Below, piece by piece: positions 19,848-27,687 of a stretch of 64,000 nt of DNA. The stretch covers positions 131,617 to 195,616 of the forward strand of contig JAJEBY010000013.1 in NCBI GenBank assembly GCA_022822305.1, in the 5' to 3' direction. Position 1 is the stretch's first letter. Each line of letters opens with the position of its first letter. The DNA comes from Anaerolineae bacterium (lineage in GTDB: Bacteria; Chloroflexota; Anaerolineae; Aggregatilineales; Phototrophicaceae). Under the pieces are notes generated by a model that did no database searches, had not been told where the DNA came from, and worked only from the letters and a program-made list of their open reading frames with translations. The position numbers and the translations under genes were made by a program.

Positions 19848-21071
19848 TCAGGAGAAGTATCGGCGCAGTCGGTTGGCCAGCCGTTTGTGCTGGCACTCCA
19901 CAAGCTCAAAGCTGTCGCAGCCGTGAAAGGCCATGAATTCTTCGATGGCCTCGATCAAGCCGCGGCTCAGCGCCGCGCTGTACTTGACGCCCTTTTCCAG
20001 ATAGAGCGCGTGAAGAGTCAGCCGTCTCCGCACACGGTCGACCTTGGGATCAATGCGCCCGACCAGGTCGCAGCCCTGCAGAATCGGCATCACGTAATAG
20101 CCGTAGCGGCGCTTGGCTTTGGGCGTGTAGACTTCGATGGTATATTCGAAATCCCAAAGCATGGCATCGCGCTCGCGATCCCAAAACAGATTGTCAAAGG
20201 GCGAGAGGAAAACAGTCAATTCGGGCTCATGCCTACCAGACTGGATTTCCTCAAGCAGCGGCAGATCATCGCGATGAATGAAGGCGTTTTCCGCCCAGCC
20301 AGCGACCGCGACGGGCAGCGCCTCACCCGATTCTTGCATATCGCGTAGATGATTGGCTGCGCTGCGCTTGTATTGACGATAATAATCGGAGACTTGATTG
20401 GCCGTGGCGATCCCCAGATGCCGCAAGCCGCTGGCGATTGTCCAGCGCCGATAATCGTCCAGCGTCTTGTCCGTGGAGAATTGCCTGCCCGCCAGCACGC
20501 GCTCGCTGAGATCGTAGTAGCGTTGGAAATTAATGCGATGACTGACCATGAGCTCGCCGCGATACAAGAGGTATTCCAAGGCCACCTTAGCCGGCTTCCA
20601 ACTCCACCAGCCGCCCGGTCCGCGGCGCTCGCCTTCGATATCCTTGGACGACAGCGGGCCGCGCTCGCGCACCAATGCCAGCACCGTTTCCACGATTTCG
20701 GGAAAATCCTCGCCCAGCCGCTCGATTTTCCAGCGCGTTTCCAGCGTGTGCCGCTGCGCTATCCAGGGCCGATACCAGGGATAGTTCGCGAAAGGGATTT
20801 GACACATGGCATGCGACCAGCTCTCGAAGAGGAAGCCGTCATCCAGCAGGGCATCGAGATCGGCGGGGTCGTAAACGCCGGCGCGCGCCAGCATGACCAG
20901 GTAGTGGCTGCGCGCGACCACGCTGATGGAATCGAGTTGCAGCAAACCGATGCGCTCGATGATGCGCTTGAGTCGGGAGGGGTCGTCGCTGGCTGGGCGT
21001 TGGTGCAAGCCCTGCTTGTAAACGGCGAGTCGCTTGACGGTTTCGCGGGTGACGGGGATGGGCGCGGTCAT
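19848..21071 (-). CDS. YcaQ/AlkZ-like winged-helix protein (DUF1006; interstrand-crosslink DNA glycosylase family)
   Basis: LAVYKQGL...IIERIGLLQLDSISVVARSHYLVMLAR...FESWSHAMCQIP... resembles the YcaQ family as I recall it. Start set at ATG 21071. Confidence 0.7.
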   Translation of the reverse strand: MTAPIPVTRETVKRLAVYKQGLHQRPASDDPSRLKRIIERIGLLQLDSISVVARSHYLVMLARAGVYDPADLDALLDDGFLFESWSHAMCQIPFANYPWYRPWIAQRHTLETRWKIERLGEDFPEIVETVLALVRERGPLSSKDIEGERRGPGGWWSWKPAKVALEYLLYRGELMVSHRINFQRYYDLSERVLAGRQFSTDKTLDDYRRWTIASGLRHLGIATANQVSDYYRQYKRSAANHLRDMQESGEALPVAVAGWAENAFIHRDDLPLLEEIQSGRHEPELTVFLSPFDNLFWDRERDAMLWDFEYTIEVYTPKAKRRYGYYVMPILQGCDLVGRIDPKVDRVRRRLTLHALYLEKGVKYSAALSRGLIEAIEEFMAFHGCDSFELVECQHKRLANRLRRYFS

Positions 21072-21116
21072 GGCGGGGATTGTAGCATGGGGTGGCAAAA
21101 TCAACCCCCCTCTATA

Positions 21117-21142
21117 TCTCCCCCCATCGCGATGGGGGGAGA
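21117..21142. repeat. Perfect 26-bp palindrome tctccccccatcgcgatggggggaga
   Basis: Read directly from the sequence; lies in the divergent intergenic region between ycaQ-like and the ATPase gene. It shares the 11-mer gatggggggag with 26030-26040. Confidence 0.9.
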
Positions 21143-21346
21143 CTTTGTCGACGTCAGCGTAGTCCGCCATTTTGCCGCCGTCGGAAGAGACTTTTCGGCA
21201 ATTTGGCAATTTGTTGGGTCTTCGGTTGTTGAGGCGCGGGTTGAGGTCAGGGTAGCGTGGATGGGTGAGGTGGTGGCGTCTGGATGGTCGTGTACTGATT
21301 TCACCAGCGAGGAATTGACACGGATCGCATAGGCAATAGCCAGTGA

Positions 21347-21376
21347 TTGAAAGTCAAGCGACAACCGTGCTATGAT
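21347..21376 (+). promoter_or_regulatory. Candidate sigma70-type promoter for the ATPase/PIN-like operon (TTGAAA-N18-TATGAT)
   Basis: Hexamers at 21347-21352 and 21371-21376, about 33 nt upstream of ATG 21409. Confidence 0.4.
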
Positions 21377-21408
21377 TCACCTGCAAGAGTTAGCAGCCCG
21401 TCGGCGAA

Positions 21409-22773
21409 ATGAGCGCTGCGATGTTCAAGCAGATCAGCATGAAAAACTTCAAGTCGTGGCGCGACACCGGCCCCGTGCGCATGGCGCCGCTGACGGGTTT
21501 CTTCGGCGCGAACAGCTCGGGAAAGAGCAGTTTGCTGCAAATGCTGTTGCTGCTGAAGCAGACGGCGGAATCGAAGGATTTGAACTTGGTATTAGAGACG
21601 GGCGCTATGAGAGACGACTATGTCGACCTCGGTACGCCTTTTGAAATCGCTCAAAATGAGTCAACCGAAATGGAAATGGGTTTTGAATGGACATTTGCGC
21701 CCACAAAAGCAAAACCTACGCTGATACGTGTGCCGATTCCCAACCGGCACGAATCCTTAGAAATAGGTGAGATGTCGTTTAAGTCTAAATTACATGTAGA
21801 TACTCAGCGAAATCATGTTTTACAAATGCAATATCGACATCGAGAAGATGTATTGGTGGAATTTAGGCGTGCGGGAAACAATAGATACACGATTGATATT
21901 TCTATATGTGGAGAACATCCCGTGCGCGCGCAAGGTCGCCCGCGAGTGTACATGAAGCCCGAAAAGTGCTACAGCTTTTCGGACGAAGCTTTGCGGTATT
22001 ATCAGTCAACTAGCTTTTTGAATGACTTTGTTCTTCAATTTGAGCGTCAATTTGAGCATATGCATTACTTGGGCCCGCTTCGTCCTTATCCGCAACGCGA
22101 CTATACGTTGATTGGTGGCAGTCCTCAAAGTGTCGGTTTCAAAGGAGAATTTGCGATCCATGCCTTACTGGCTGCGAAAAACCAAAAGGTCTACCGGGAT
22201 GGTAGGCGGCAGTTCAGCAAGCTCGAATCACGCATTGCGCAATGGCTTGTAGAGCTTGAATTGGCAAATGCATTTGAGACGCGTCCGTTGTTCAAGGGCA
22301 GCAACCAATATGCTGTTTGGCTGAGACGTCACTCGGCGAGTAAAGAAGTTCGAATAACTGACATGGGAATCGGAGTCTCACAGGTTTTGCCCGTACTTGT
22401 TCTCTGCTACTATGTGCCTGAAGGTTCGACAATTATCCTTGAACAGCCGGAGTTACACTTGCATCCATCAGTGCAGGCGGGCTTGGCAGATGTCTTCATA
22501 GACTGCATAAAAAATCGAGGATTGCAGATAATATTAGAGAGTCATAGCGAGCACATGCTGCGACGGCTTCAACTTGGTCTAGCGAAGTCTGAGATTGTTC
22601 CCGAAGATACGGCTCTCTATTTCTGTGATATTACGGACGGAGTATCTGAACTCATATCACTTGACGTGGACATGTTTGGTACTATCCACAATTGGCCAGA
22701 CGACTTTTTCGGGGATCTCGCTGGCGACATGGTAGCGGCTTTTGATGCTGGTCTGAAACGCCAAGTCCACTGA
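21409..22773 (+). CDS. ABC/AAA_21-type (SMC-like) ATPase with C-terminal WPDDFF tail (DUF3696-like, from memory)
   Basis: Walker A GANSSGKSS (21505-21531); signature-like MGIGVSQVLP; Walker B and downstream IILEQPELHLHP (22432-22467); H-loop ILESHSEHM; C-terminal GTIHNWPDDFFGD. Start could instead be ATG 21421. Confidence 0.85.
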   Translation: MSAAMFKQISMKNFKSWRDTGPVRMAPLTGFFGANSSGKSSLLQMLLLLKQTAESKDLNLVLETGAMRDDYVDLGTPFEIAQNESTEMEMGFEWTFAPTKAKPTLIRVPIPNRHESLEIGEMSFKSKLHVDTQRNHVLQMQYRHREDVLVEFRRAGNNRYTIDISICGEHPVRAQGRPRVYMKPEKCYSFSDEALRYYQSTSFLNDFVLQFERQFEHMHYLGPLRPYPQRDYTLIGGSPQSVGFKGEFAIHALLAAKNQKVYRDGRRQFSKLESRIAQWLVELELANAFETRPLFKGSNQYAVWLRRHSASKEVRITDMGIGVSQVLPVLVLCYYVPEGSTIILEQPELHLHPSVQAGLADVFIDCIKNRGLQIILESHSEHMLRRLQLGLAKSEIVPEDTALYFCDITDGVSELISLDVDMFGTIHNWPDDFFGDLAGDMVAAFDAGLKRQVH

Positions 22774-22777
22774 ACGC

Positions 22778-23326
22778 ATGACAGCCAAGATAATTGACAC
22801 CAACGTACCGCTTACCGCGGCGGGCCTCAACTCCAGCGCGTCCAAGCGATGTCAGCTTAGCTGTGTTTCGGTTATACAGGCGGTTTTAGCAGGGCAAATG
22901 AGAGTAGTTATTGACACAAACAATGAAGTTTTGCGCGAATACAATCGTCGTATTCATCCAGATTTCAAAGGCTCGCTGGCTGAACAGTTCATGCTTTACA
23001 TGCTCCAGAATCGCACGGTTGCGAGCCGTGTTCACAGTCAGGGGTTGCGATACAACGACACTGAAAGTTATTTTGATTATCCGGACAATGACGATACTTG
23101 GACTTCCGATGTTCAACGCTGCAAGCGCTTTGACCCGGATGACAAGAAATGGGTAGCGCTTGCCTGCGCCTTCAAACGAGAAACTGGCGACGACGCGCCC
23201 ATCGTAAACGCGGCCGATAGATGTTGGCTGGCATTTGAATCACATCTTGAAGCAGCCGGTGTCCAGTTGGAAGTTCTCTGTCGCGACGAGCGAGAGGGAA
23301 GTAGTCCTCACTCCAACACCAGCTGA
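22778..23326 (+). CDS. PIN-like domain protein (putative nuclease partner of the ATPase)
   Basis: Starts 4 nt after the ATPase stop. N-terminal MTAKIIDTNVP (PIN hhDTNV motif); later acidic positions VVIDTNNEVLREY, FDPDDKKWVALACAF, IVNAADRCWLAF. Fold assignment is inference only. The last ~6 codons lie inside the fetB-remnant repeat. Confidence 0.55.
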   Translation: MTAKIIDTNVPLTAAGLNSSASKRCQLSCVSVIQAVLAGQMRVVIDTNNEVLREYNRRIHPDFKGSLAEQFMLYMLQNRTVASRVHSQGLRYNDTESYFDYPDNDDTWTSDVQRCKRFDPDDKKWVALACAFKRETGDDAPIVNAADRCWLAFESHLEAAGVQLEVLCRDEREGSSPHSNTS

Positions 23327-23436
23327 TACGCGGGATTGTAAAACTGCCGGTAGGTCAGCCAGACCGAGCGGTAAACCTGTACGCCGCCTATCAGTAACGC
23401 TATAATTGCAGTGTAGCTGGCGCAGAAGGCAAGCCC
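23308..23436 (-). pseudogene. Orphan 3'-end fragment of a fetB-like permease gene
   Basis: The minus-strand open frame of 42 codons ends ...VWLTYRQFYNPAYQLVLE*, versus ...AWLTYRQFFTPMHQLVLE* in the intact gene at 24094. DNA 23308-23367 matches 24094-24153 at 48/60 positions (hand count). No gene body lies upstream. Confidence 0.65.
23401..23406 (+). promoter_or_regulatory. Perfect TATAAT -10 box 33 nt upstream of the DUF433 gene
   Basis: tataat at 23401-23406; no convincing -35 hexamer (tgtacg at a 17-nt spacing). Confidence 0.25.
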
Positions 23437-23438
23437 TC

Positions 23439-23744
23439 ATGGAAGAAACCATAGAAAGCATCGACCTCATCACCCGCAAGCCCAATGTCCGCGGCGGTCG
23501 ACCCTGTATCAGAGGTACGGGCTTGCGCGTGACTGACATCGTCGTCGCGATGCGTTATCACGGACGTACGCCGGAACAGATTTCGGAGGGCTTTCAGGTA
23601 TCCCTGGCCGGTGTTTACGCTGCTCTTGCCTATTACAACTTACACAAGGATGACGTCGACGCCGATATCGAGAACCAGATAACAAGAGCGCGAGAGCTTA
23701 GGGACAAAGGTGTTGGCAGCCGCAGAACTACGCTTCTACCTTGA
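23439..23744 (+). CDS. DUF433-domain protein (putative antitoxin/HTH)
   Basis: ITRKPNVRGGRPCIRGTGLRVTDIVVAM...GRTPEQISEGFQVSLAGVYAALAYY is the characteristic DUF433 core. Start set at ATG 23439. Confidence 0.8.
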   Translation: MEETIESIDLITRKPNVRGGRPCIRGTGLRVTDIVVAMRYHGRTPEQISEGFQVSLAGVYAALAYYNLHKDDVDADIENQITRARELRDKGVGSRRTTLLP

Positions 23745-24063
23745 CGAGCATTTGGATGTAGAGATCGCGCGCCAACTCAAGCCACGCGGTATTGATGTCA
23801 TTACTGTGCCCGAAGTGAAAAGCTTCGGCGAAGACGATCTGCTTCAATTGCGTCGTTCTATCCGGATGGGACGCGTATTCTGTACCAATGACAGCGACCT
23901 AATCGAAATAGCTAGCGAAGGAATTGAACACACGGGCATTGTATTTGGTCAGCAGGAGAAGCATTTTATCGGTACGTGGGTCAAGTTTTTGATCAAATTG
24001 CATAAAGAGTTTCGACCAAATGAGCTAGCGAATCTTGTCACGTATATCTCCACTGAGGACTGA
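23710..24063 (+). CDS. DUF5615-family PIN-like protein (putative toxin)
   Basis: LRFYLDEHLDVEIARQLKPRGIDVITV...LLQLRRSIRMGRVFCTNDSDL matches the DUF5615/Mut7-C-like pattern as I recall it. GTG start 23710 overlaps the DUF433 gene by 35 nt. Confidence 0.7.
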   Translation: MLAAAELRFYLDEHLDVEIARQLKPRGIDVITVPEVKSFGEDDLLQLRRSIRMGRVFCTNDSDLIEIASEGIEHTGIVFGQQEKHFIGTWVKFLIKLHKEFRPNELANLVTYISTED

Positions 24064-24093
24064 TTATACGATTATCTCGATTCCAAGTATTGG

Positions 24094-24867
24094 TCACTCC
24101 AACACCAACTGATGCATCGGCGTGAAAAACTGCCGATAGGTCAACCAGGCCGCGATCAGCCCGGTGAAGGTCGCCGCGCCCACCAGCATATACATCACTA
24201 TGATTTGCAGCTGCACCGCCTCCAGCGGACTCGCGCCGGCCAGGATCATGCCGGTCATGGCGCCGGGCAGCTTGATCAAACCCACGGTCTTGGTGGTATC
24301 GATGATCGGCGTCAGCGCGCTTTTGATCGTGCGTTGAAACTGCGTCAGCGAGGCTTGCCGCCCGGTCGCGCCCAAGGCCAGCTTGCTCTCGATCAGGTCG
24401 CGCTGGTCGTGGAAGTCGCTGCTCAGCCGCGTGATGACCAAGGTGGCGGTGGTCATGGATGTGCCCAGGATCATGCCGCCGATGGGGATGATGTCTTTGG
24501 GTACGAACGCGAAGACGCCCAGAGCCACCAGCAGCGCCAGCGTCATGGCCGTGCCGGCGCCGATCGCCAGCAGCGAGATCGTCTGCGCGTGGGGCGTCCC
24601 TTTGGCGCGGCGGGCGGTGGTGCGGCCGGCCGTGAGCGTCATGATCAGCAAGATGCCCACGGTGAAGACCGGAGTATCGATCTCGAATACCAACTCCAGC
24701 ACATAGCCGATGGCGATCAGCTGGATGAAACTGCGAAAGGTGGCGATGAACAGGTCTTTTTCAAGATCGGAATCTTGCCAGCGCGAGACCGCGGCCGCGA
24801 TCAAGATGAAGGCGATCGACAGCAGCACGCGCTCCATACCGGCCATATTCAGGAAAAAGTCGGGCAT
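24094..24867 (-). CDS. fetB: FetB/YbbM-family (UPF0014) ABC-transporter permease
   Basis: Multi-TM protein with ...TVGLIKLPGAMTGMILAGASPLEAVQLQIIVMYML... typical of the family. Start at ATG 24867, preceded by GGGAGG. Confidence 0.75.
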   Translation of the reverse strand: MPDFFLNMAGMERVLLSIAFILIAAAVSRWQDSDLEKDLFIATFRSFIQLIAIGYVLELVFEIDTPVFTVGILLIMTLTAGRTTARRAKGTPHAQTISLLAIGAGTAMTLALLVALGVFAFVPKDIIPIGGMILGTSMTTATLVITRLSSDFHDQRDLIESKLALGATGRQASLTQFQRTIKSALTPIIDTTKTVGLIKLPGAMTGMILAGASPLEAVQLQIIVMYMLVGAATFTGLIAAWLTYRQFFTPMHQLVLE

Positions 24868-24884
24868 TTCAGCCTCCCGTTGAT

Positions 24885-25418
24885 TCACCAGCTCAATGTC
24901 GGATTCTTGAACGGCGCCAGCGCCATGATGACAGCGTGCGCATAATAGGCTTCGCGGTCGATGACGTCGTCCGTGAGCAACCCGATGGCGCCGCTGGATT
25001 GCTTGGAATTCTCGCGTCCGAAGACCTGGTCATCAGCGTGGCCGACCTCCATGCCCGCGCGCACCAGCGATGCCACTTCTTCCGGCAGATAAAAGACGGC
25101 GGTCTGTCCGCGGCCGATGCGTCCGTTTCGACCGATGATATGTACCCAGGCGAAGCAGGTCATGCCCAGCGCGGAGTCTTCGATGCCGCCTTCAATGCCC
25201 AGCCAATAATCGCTCTCGGGATGCCGGGCACGGGCATTCTCCGCGCGATTGCGGGCGCCGGTCATTGTCTCGGCCCGTGACGTCGGCTGGTCAGGGACAC
25301 CTGAAGCGACTGAGACGCCGACAACTTGAAAGTCGTCATTGGGAAAGAGACGCTCGAAGCCGATACCCGCGGCGGCAAGCTTGACCGGATTATGGGAGGC
25401 GACGGTGATCCTGGGCAT
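24885..25418 (-). CDS. yjjX: Inosine/xanthosine triphosphatase (YjjX, DUF84 family)
   Basis: ITVASHNPVKLAAAGIGFERLF...VSVASGVPDQP...TGARNRA...WLGIEGGI pattern. Confidence 0.75.
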   Translation of the reverse strand: MPRITVASHNPVKLAAAGIGFERLFPNDDFQVVGVSVASGVPDQPTSRAETMTGARNRAENARARHPESDYWLGIEGGIEDSALGMTCFAWVHIIGRNGRIGRGQTAVFYLPEEVASLVRAGMEVGHADDQVFGRENSKQSSGAIGLLTDDVIDREAYYAHAVIMALAPFKNPTLSW

Positions 25419-25523
25419 TTGTCCTCGCGCTGGCGGATTTCCAACTGCAATGTAAACGGTACTGTAACAAATTCCCCACCGCGTCCGTAGACCTGTGCGA
25501 TAAATCCCCCAACTGATACACTA

Positions 25524-25982
25524 ATGCCGCATTTGCAGGAGGAGAACGCCGTGCTGGGCGATGCCCTGACCGACATCCAGATTCTTAAAGCGGACAGATC
25601 CGATCTCGACGAGCTCTCGGATTTCATCGTGCCTTTCGTCGACAGCGGCGATCTTTTGCCGCGCACCTTTGACGAGTTGGAAGATCTGCTGGAAACCCTG
25701 TTCATCGCGCGCCTCAACGGCCATATCGTGGGTTGCGCGGCGCTGGAAATCTACAACAGGAAATTGTGCGAGATTCGCAGCCTGGCTGTCGATCCGTCCG
25801 CGCAAGGTTTGGGCATCGGCAAGAAACTGGTGATCGCCTGCGTCGAATTGGCGGAGCAGCGCGGCATCTACGAGATCATGGCTATCAGCGCGGCGGAAGA
25901 CTTCTTCAAATCTTGCGGCTTCGACTTCACGCTGCCCAACCTCAAGAAGGCATTCTTTCTGCAGACGCGCGATACCATGTGA
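25524..25982 (+). CDS. GNAT N-acetyltransferase (ArgA-like small acetyltransferase)
   Basis: Acetyl-CoA motif A context IRSLAVDPSAQGLGIGKKLVIACVELAEQRG. Confidence 0.8.
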   Translation: MPHLQEENAVLGDALTDIQILKADRSDLDELSDFIVPFVDSGDLLPRTFDELEDLLETLFIARLNGHIVGCAALEIYNRKLCEIRSLAVDPSAQGLGIGKKLVIACVELAEQRGIYEIMAISAAEDFFKSCGFDFTLPNLKKAFFLQTRDTM

Positions 25983-26066
25983 GCACAGACAAATCCTCAT
26001 TTGGCGCTGGCGATGACTCCTTTTCCACATGATGGGGGGAGGCCTGGGGAAGGGGAGTATTCTCCC

Positions 26067-26801
26067 ATGAAAATCGATGTCCTGACGCTTTTCCCCGTGA
26101 TGTTCGAGCCGATCATGTCGGCAAGCATGATGTGGAAGGCGCGCGATCGCGGCTTGCTCGATTTCCGCGTCCACGATATCCGCGATTATGCCTTGGACAA
26201 ACATCGGCAGGTGGACGACGCGCCCTATGGCGGCGGCGGCGGCATGATCCTCAAGCCCGATGTGCTGGTGCGGGCGATCGAATCTATCCGACCGACGGCG
26301 GATACGCCGGTGGTGCTGATGTCGCCGCAAGGCCGCTTGCTGACGCACCGCGTCGCACAGGAGTTATCGCGGCGGCCGCATCTGGTTCTGGTCTGCGGTC
26401 ACTACGAGGGCGTCGATGAACGCGTTCGCAACCTCGCCATCAGTGACGAAATCAGCATCGGCGATTACGTGCTGACCGGCGGCGAGCTGGCGGCGCTGGT
26501 GGTGATTGACGCCGCTGTGCGGCTGATCCCCGGCGTATTGGGCGCGGAGGACGCGCAAGAACGCGATAGCCACGCCCAGGGCTTGCTCGAAGGACCGCAT
26601 TATACGCGGCCGGCGGAATTCCGCGGCTTGGGCGTTCCCGATGTCTTGACCAGCGGACATCATGCTGAGGTCGAGCGCTGGAGGCGTCAGCAGGCGCTGA
26701 AACGCACCTGGCGGCAGCGGCCCGATCTGTTGGCGCAAGCCGACCTAAGCGACGATGACAAAGCCTATTTGGCGCAATTGATGGATGAAGCCGGCGATTG
26801 A
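26067..26801 (+). CDS. trmD: tRNA (guanine37-N1)-methyltransferase
   Basis: [16 protein letters not shown]...[28 protein letters not shown]...[11 protein letters not shown]...[20 protein letters not shown]. Start set at ATG 26067. Confidence 0.92.
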   Translation: MKIDVLTLFPVMFEPIMSASMMWKARDRGLLDFRVHDIRDYALDKHRQVDDAPYGGGGGMILKPDVLVRAIESIRPTADTPVVLMSPQGRLLTHRVAQELSRRPHLVLVCGHYEGVDERVRNLAISDEISIGDYVLTGGELAALVVIDAAVRLIPGVLGAEDAQERDSHAQGLLEGPHYTRPAEFRGLGVPDVLTSGHHAEVERWRRQQALKRTWRQRPDLLAQADLSDDDKAYLAQLMDEAGD

Positions 26802-27542
26802 CTAGTCAGCCTGGTGCAGTCCGGCTTGATCGCCCTCCGCGAAAGCCAGCGCGCGTCTGTCGCCCGTGAGCGGATCAAGCATCGCTTCCACCGTGTCTTC
26901 GCGGATGACGCGACCCTCATCGAGCAACAAGACCCGACTGCCGATGCGCCGCGCCTGCTCAATCGAATGCGAGACCCAGATCATCGTCAGGTCGGTTTCC
27001 TGGCGCAGCCGCAGCAGCGACTCCTCGACGCGGCCGGTGGCGATGGGATCCAAAGCCGATGTCGGCTCGTCCAGTAACAGCAGCGAGGGTTCGAGCGCCA
27101 GCGCCCGGGCAATGGCCAGGCGCTGTTCCTGACCGCCCGAGAGCTTGCTCGCCGGCTGGTCTATCAAGTCTTCCTCCAGCGAGATTTGTCGCATCAAGTC
27201 GAGAATCTCCCCGCGCGAAATCTCTCTGCCCTGCAAAGCCAGGCCAAAGGCGATGTTGTCCGCCACGCTGCCCTCGAACGCGGCCGTCTTCTGAAATATC
27301 ATGCCCACGCGGCAGCGCAATTCGGAAATCGGCAGGTCGAAGACCGATTGGCCATCAAGATGGATGCTGCCCGCGTCAATATCGTTCAGCCGATTGACGC
27401 AGCGCAGCAGAGAACTCTTGCCGCTGCCGCTGGGCCCGATCACGACCAGCAATTCGCCAGCCTCCAGCTCGAGGTCGATATCGCGCAGCACTGGCTTTCC
27501 GCCGCGCGTGAGTTGCAGTTCACTGATGCTCAGTTTGGACAC
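26802..27542 (-). CDS. ABC transporter ATP-binding protein (PstB/FetA-like)
   Basis: Walker A GPSGSGKSS, signature LSGGQEQR, Walker B LLLLDEPTSALD, H-loop WVSHS. Its stop abuts the trmD stop. Confidence 0.88.
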   Translation of the reverse strand: MSKLSISELQLTRGGKPVLRDIDLELEAGELLVVIGPSGSGKSSLLRCVNRLNDIDAGSIHLDGQSVFDLPISELRCRVGMIFQKTAAFEGSVADNIAFGLALQGREISRGEILDLMRQISLEEDLIDQPASKLSGGQEQRLAIARALALEPSLLLLDEPTSALDPIATGRVEESLLRLRQETDLTMIWVSHSIEQARRIGSRVLLLDEGRVIREDTVEAMLDPLTGDRRALAFAEGDQAGLHQAD

Positions 27543-27687
27543 GTGGTTCGTTTCTTATGCGCCTCTATCGGCAGATCAATTGTAGCGCGACTTGGCCGAT
27601 CCGCTAAGCCGGTGGCGTCGACGCCTCACAAGATAGCGGGACGACGTCATACGTTTGAGACCGCGCGCATGGTAAACTTGGATCAAT

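Noticed and set aside
20349-21332. 327-aa plus-strand ORF antisense to the ycaQ-like gene
   Set aside because: Shadow ORF. It also runs across the 26-bp palindrome and the divergent promoter region.
23240-23539. 99-aa minus-strand ORF across the PIN-like/DUF433 junction
   Set aside because: Wrong frame. The real minus-strand signal here is the fetB C-terminal remnant in a different frame (23308-23436). This ORF has no motif and overlaps two supported plus-strand genes.
24112-26348. Plus ORF 24112..24945 and minus ORF 25521..26348, antisense to fetB-like, GNAT and trmD
   Set aside because: Arg/Gly/His-rich low-complexity translations opposite genes with strong family signatures.
26799-26808. 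10-bp palindrome tgactagtca at the trmD / ABC-ATPase junction
   Set aside because: Explained by two abutting convergent stop codons (TGA and TAG on the opposite strand). There is no extended stem or other sign of a regulatory element.
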